In this document: in pieces, positions 60,540 to 64,000 of the stretch
Position numbering within the stretch: the first letter of the stretch is position 1
Layout of the letters: each line of letters begins with the position of its first letter
Assembly (NCBI GenBank): GCA_963727575.1
Contig: CAVSIA010000038.1
Span: 83,551 to 147,550 of the forward strand
Reading direction: 5' to 3'
Length of the DNA: 64,000 bases
Source of the DNA: an uncultured Alphaproteobacteria bacterium
GTDB taxonomy: Bacteria; Pseudomonadota; Alphaproteobacteria; Rhizobiales; Rhodomicrobiaceae
The notes under the pieces: model-generated
What the model was told of the DNA's origin: nothing
The model's input: the letters and a program-made list of their open reading frames with translations, nothing else
Database searches by the model: none
Program-made: the position numbers and the translations under genes

Positions 60540-62853
60540 TCAGGCGAGCTGATCGCCGATCGGCAATTGCCGGATGCGCTTGCCGGTCGCGGCAAAAATC
60601 GCATTGCACAGCGCCGGGGTGAACGGCGGCATGCCCGGTTCGCCGACGCCGGACGCCGGCACATCGACCGGATGATCGACGATGTGCACATTGGTCTCGG
60701 CCGGCAATTCATTGATGCGCAGGAGCTGGAAGTCGTTGAAATTGCTCTGCTCCACCGCACCGTCCTTGAGCGTGATCTCGCCATATTTGGCCAGCGTCAG
60801 GCCCATGACCGCCGCGCCCTCGATCTGCGAACGCACTCGCTCCGGATTGACGCAGAACCCGCAATCGATGGCCGTGTCGACGCGCGGCACGGTGATCTGG
60901 CCCTTGTCGTCGACCTTCACATGCACGACCGTGGCGACATAGCTGACGAACGAGCGATGCGCGGCGATGCCGAGCCCTTCGCCCTTCGGCAGCGTTTTGC
61001 CCCATCCGGCCTTCTCCGCCGCCATCTCGGCAACGCGCCGAAGCCGGCCGGTTTCGATCGGATAGGTCTCGAACGGCTCGCCATAGTCCCAGAACTCCGT
61101 GGTCACGGATTTGCGGGGATCGACGATGCGCTCCGGCCCGATCAGCTCGAGCAGCATATCCTTCGGGTCGCGTCCCAGCTCGTGGGCGAGCTCGGCGATG
61201 AACGACTGCGTCGACCAGGCATGGGCGACATTGTTCACCGACCGGAACCAGCCGATGCGGACATGGCTCTGCGCCTCGCCGCTCTCGACGCGGATGTTCG
61301 GCACGTTGAACGGTGCGTCGACGAGGCCGAGGCCCAGCTCGATGGCGCCGGGATGCTTCGGGTCCGGCATGAATAGCGCCATGAAGCTTGGCGAGGCGCT
61401 GCGGTGACGCCATGCGATGACCTTGTTGTCGGCGTCGAGCCCGGCTTCGAAACGCTCAGCCGTTACGGTATGGTAGAAGCCGTTGCGGATGTCGTCCTCG
61501 CGGGTCCACACCACCTTGACCGGCGCGCCGTCCATGGCCTTGGACACCAGCGCCGCCTCGATCGCGTAGTCGCATTTCGACTTCCGGCCGAAGCCGCCGC
61601 CGAGCAAAGTCTCATGCACGGTCACAGCCGAAGGGTCGACGCCGAGCGCCGCGGCGACATCGCCGCGAGCCCCGCCCGGACTTTGCAGCGGTGCCCACAG
61701 CTCCCATTTGCCGTCTTTCCCGCGCGCGGTCGCCGCCGGAGGCTCCATCGTGGCGTGAGCCAGATGCGGCGAATAATAGCTCTGGGTGAACACCTTCGCC
61801 GCCGAGCCGAGCGCGGCATCGACGTCGCCTTCGTTCCGCTCGACCTTGCCGGGCTTGGTGACGGCGTCCTCAAGCTTGGCCCGGTAGTCGGCCGAGTTAT
61901 AGGATTTGTTCGGTCCGTCATCCCAGGTGATCTTCAGCGCCTCGCGCCCCTTGATCGCCGCCCAGGTGTTCCTGGCGATGACCGCGACGCCGCCGAGCGG
62001 CGCGAACTTGCCGGGCATCGGCGTTCCGGGGATCGAGATGATCTTCTCGACGCCGGGCACCTTCTCCGCCTCGCTGGAGTCGAGCGAAGCCACCTTGCCG
62101 CCGACCACGGGCGGCCGGGCGATCACAGCGAACTTCATGCCCGGCAGCGTCACGTCCTGGCCGTAGATGGCCTTGCCGGTCGGTGATGTCGACCAGATCG
62201 GTGATGCGGACATTGCCCTTGCCCATGTAGCGGAAGGCGCTCTGCTCCTTGAGCTTCACGTTCGCCGCGTCGGGCACCGGCTGCTTGGCCGCGTCCGCGG
62301 CGAGATCGCCATAGCCGAGCTTGCGTCCGCTCGCCTTGTGCACCACCTCGTGGAGCTTGGCTTCGACCTCTCCGACATCCACGCCCCATTTGGCGGCCGC
62401 GGCGGCTTCCAGCATCATCCGTGCAGAGGCGCCGCATTGGCGCATCGGCTGGATGAAGTGGCGCGTCGTGCGCGAGCCGTCCGTGTCCTGGTTGCCGTAG
62501 ACCTCCTCGTCGCCCGGCGCCTGGACGATCTTCACGCGGGCCCAGTCGGCGTCGAGCTCATCGGCGATCATCATCGGCAGGCCGGTACGCGCGGCGCCCG
62601 TGCCCATCTCCGCACGCGCGGCGACGATGTTGACGGTGCCGTCCGGGTCGATGGAGACGAAGATCTTCGGGTCGCTGACCGTGCCGTGCGGCATGGCTGT
62701 CGCGCCGGTCGGATAGCTCTTGGCGAGCGCCGAGCGAACGCTCGGCAGCTGCAAGGCGAGCACGAGACCTCCGCCCGCTGCGATGCCCTTGAGCACGCCG
62801 CGACGGCTGACATTGGTAATCTGAATTTTGCGATGCGTGTCGAGTTCGGTCAT
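60540..62853 (-). CDS. molybdopterin-dependent aldehyde oxidoreductase large subunit (IorB / xanthine dehydrogenase family), Tat signal; frameshift near 62190
   Basis: N-terminal fragment (ORF 61918..62889 from Met13; [18 protein letters not shown] Tat motif) and the 557-aa C-terminal ORF 60540..62213 are contiguous IorB sequence in two frames. Confidence 0.75.
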
Positions 62854-62854
62854 G

Positions 62855-63307
62855 TCACGCTCCCGTAGCAGCGGCGCGAACGGCCGCATGGATGCGCTGA
62901 TAACAGCCGCAGCGGCAGAGGTTGCCGGACATGGCGCTGGAGATTTCCTCGTCGGTCGGCGAGGGCTTCTCGTTCAGCAGCGCGACGGCCTGCATGATCT
63001 GGCCGGCCTGGCAGTAGCCGCATTGCGGAACGCTGACCTGCTGCCAGGCAAGCTGCACGCGGTGCTGGTTGTTCGGATCGAGCCCTTCGATCGTGGTGAT
63101 CGATTTGCCTTCGGCGTCGGACATCGACATCATGCAGGCGCGCACCGCCTGACCGTCGACATGAACCGTGCAGGCGCCGCACAGGCCGACACCGCATCCG
63201 AATTTCGTACCGGTGAGCGTCAGCTCGTCGCGCAGATACCAGAGCAGCGGCATCGACGGATCCCCGTCAAAAGCCCGCTCCTGGCCATTCACGTTCAATT
63301 TCGTCAT
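62855..63307 (-). CDS. (2Fe-2S)-binding small subunit of aldehyde oxidoreductase (IorA-like)
   Basis: Two [2Fe-2S] Cys clusters ([18 protein letters not shown]...CRCGCY). GGGAGG RBS. A 1-nt gap separates it from the large-subunit gene. Confidence 0.8.
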   Translation of the reverse strand: MTKLNVNGQERAFDGDPSMPLLWYLRDELTLTGTKFGCGVGLCGACTVHVDGQAVRACMMSMSDAEGKSITTIEGLDPNNQHRVQLAWQQVSVPQCGYCQAGQIMQAVALLNEKPSPTDEEISSAMSGNLCRCGCYQRIHAAVRAAATGA

Positions 63308-63663
63308 CATATCCTCCCTAAACGCAGAACCCTTAGCCATTGGGATCGCTTCTTTTTTCACCCGCACCTCGGGCAAACAAAGCCGCCGATAGCTGGCTGG
63401 TTATTTTAATTTGAACTAATTAAACTTCGTTCTATCCGGCGAGACAGGGTACGCTTGATGTGAACCGCGTGCAAGATTGCAGATAAAGGCGCCCGATCGG
63501 GCAGCAAACATGCCTGCAGGTCTACGGCTTCATTCAGCCGGGCGAGCAACGACGCCCGCAAAGACGCTGATCAACGGGTGTCTGTTTGATGGTGCAACTA
63601 TTCGCGCCGGGTCAGGCCGCGGCTCAAAAGCGCCTTTGTATCCCAGCAAACAACCCTGAAAAC

Positions 63664-63695
63664 GAGCCCCGCCGAAGGCCGGCGGGGCTGCCGTT
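63664..63695 (-). terminator. rho-independent-like terminator hairpin (GCCCCGCCG-AAGGC-CGGCGGGGC followed by a T-rich run on the minus strand)
   Basis: 9-bp GC stem with a 5-nt loop, immediately downstream of the minus-strand GMC oxidoreductase gene. Confidence 0.4.
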
Positions 63696-63727
63696 GCTTA
63701 CGATCCGGTCAAGCCGTTCGCGATCAC

Positions 63728-64000
63728 TTACAGCTCGCCCTTCTTCATCCGGTCGGCGATATGGTCGGCCTGACGGATGGCGAGCGATACGATGGTCAGC
63801 GTCGGATTCTCGCTCCCGCCGGTGGTGAACTGGCTGCCGTCCGACACGAACAGGTTCGGCACGTCGTGCGCCTGCCCCCATTTGTTCACCACGCCGTCCC
63901 GCGGCTTCTCGCTCATCCGGTTGGTGCCCAGATTATGCGTCGAGGGATAGGGCGGCGTCGGGAAGGTGCGGACCGCGCCGACCGCGTCATAGACCGCGCT
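63728..64000 (-). CDS. GMC-family oxidoreductase, C-terminal fragment (gene continues beyond window end)
   Basis: Its C-terminal region (...NPTLTIVSLAIRQADHIADRMKKGEL) is typical of the substrate-binding domain of choline-dehydrogenase-like flavoproteins. Confidence 0.5.
   Translation of the reverse strand, partial: SAVYDAVGAVRTFPTPPYPSTHNLGTNRMSEKPRDGVVNKWGQAHDVPNLFVSDGSQFTTGGSENPTLTIVSLAIRQADHIADRMKKGEL

Noticed and set aside
58723-60609. 628-aa - strand ORF
   Set aside because: Antisense to the aminotransferase and YceI genes. It is Arg/Gly-rich and has no domains.
1-64000. Search for tRNA/rRNA, CRISPR arrays, integrase/transposase/prophage genes
   Set aside because: No cloverleaf-like conserved tRNA features, no short direct repeats with spacers, and no recombinase or phage structural homologues were seen in any frame. 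The only repetitive DNA is the two-copy MITE-like element.

Overview
This window is a 64 kb, high-GC (roughly 65%) segment that looks like an alphaproteobacterial (Rhizobiales/Bradyrhizobium-like) chromosome; that assignment is inference from composition and gene content. I found no rRNA, tRNA, CRISPR array, integrase/transposase or prophage genes. The content is metabolic and transport operons, in this order: (1) a ZrgABC-like zinc-uptake cluster (DUF2796 His-rich protein, ABC ATPase, FtsX-like permease) plus a DUF2946 protein. (2) A minus-strand operon with a 3-keto-5-aminohexanoate-cleavage-family enzyme, a LacI regulator, an SDR and a heavily frameshifted three-gene biotin-dependent carboxylase set (biotin carboxylase, biotin carboxyl carrier protein (BCCP), pyruvate-carboxyltransferase-like subunit). 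(3) A roughly 24 kb organosulfur island (9.6-34.3 kb). It holds an operon with a histidinol-dehydrogenase-family (HpsN-like) enzyme, a sulfatase, TRAP transporter genes dctPQM, an SDR and a beta-hydroxyacid dehydrogenase. Divergent from it are a formylglycine-generating enzyme (FGE) gene and a gamma-glutamyltransferase gene, followed by an aliphatic-sulfonate/taurine-type ABC transporter (permease, ATPase, binding protein). The island ends with a long minus-strand operon tctA-tctB-tctC / CoA-acylating aldehyde dehydrogenase (SauS-like) / two-subunit SucCD-like ADP-forming CoA ligase / sulfoacetaldehyde acetyltransferase (xsc) / acetate kinase (ackA), with a LacI-family regulator gene divergent from tctA. 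A LacI-type operator motif (TGCAAACGTwTkCr) recurs at three promoters of this island. (4) A cluster of secreted or membrane proteins of unclear function: flotillin/SPFH, a secreted protein with a permuted-papain-like (His-then-Cys) arrangement, a MepA/LAS-like membrane metallopeptidase, and a DUF1353 protein. (5) eda-kdgK with a divergent LacI regulator, mgsA, and a ribose/xylose-type sugar ABC transporter; the regulator and the transporter share palindromic operators. (6) A CoA-transferase / acyl-CoA dehydrogenase / enoyl-CoA hydratase / thiolase / acyl-CoA ligase cluster. (7) A chemoreceptor with a C-terminal PilZ domain, a zinc-ribbon-TM-cytochrome c fusion, an aminotransferase, YceI, an IorAB-type molybdopterin aldehyde oxidoreductase and the C-terminal end of a GMC oxidoreductase. 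Two copies of a roughly 115 bp MITE/RIME-like intergenic repeat with terminal inverted repeats are present. At least 11 genes carry apparent frameshifts, a density that points to indel sequencing errors rather than true pseudogenes. Coordinates of non-ORF motifs are approximate (plus or minus 3 nt).
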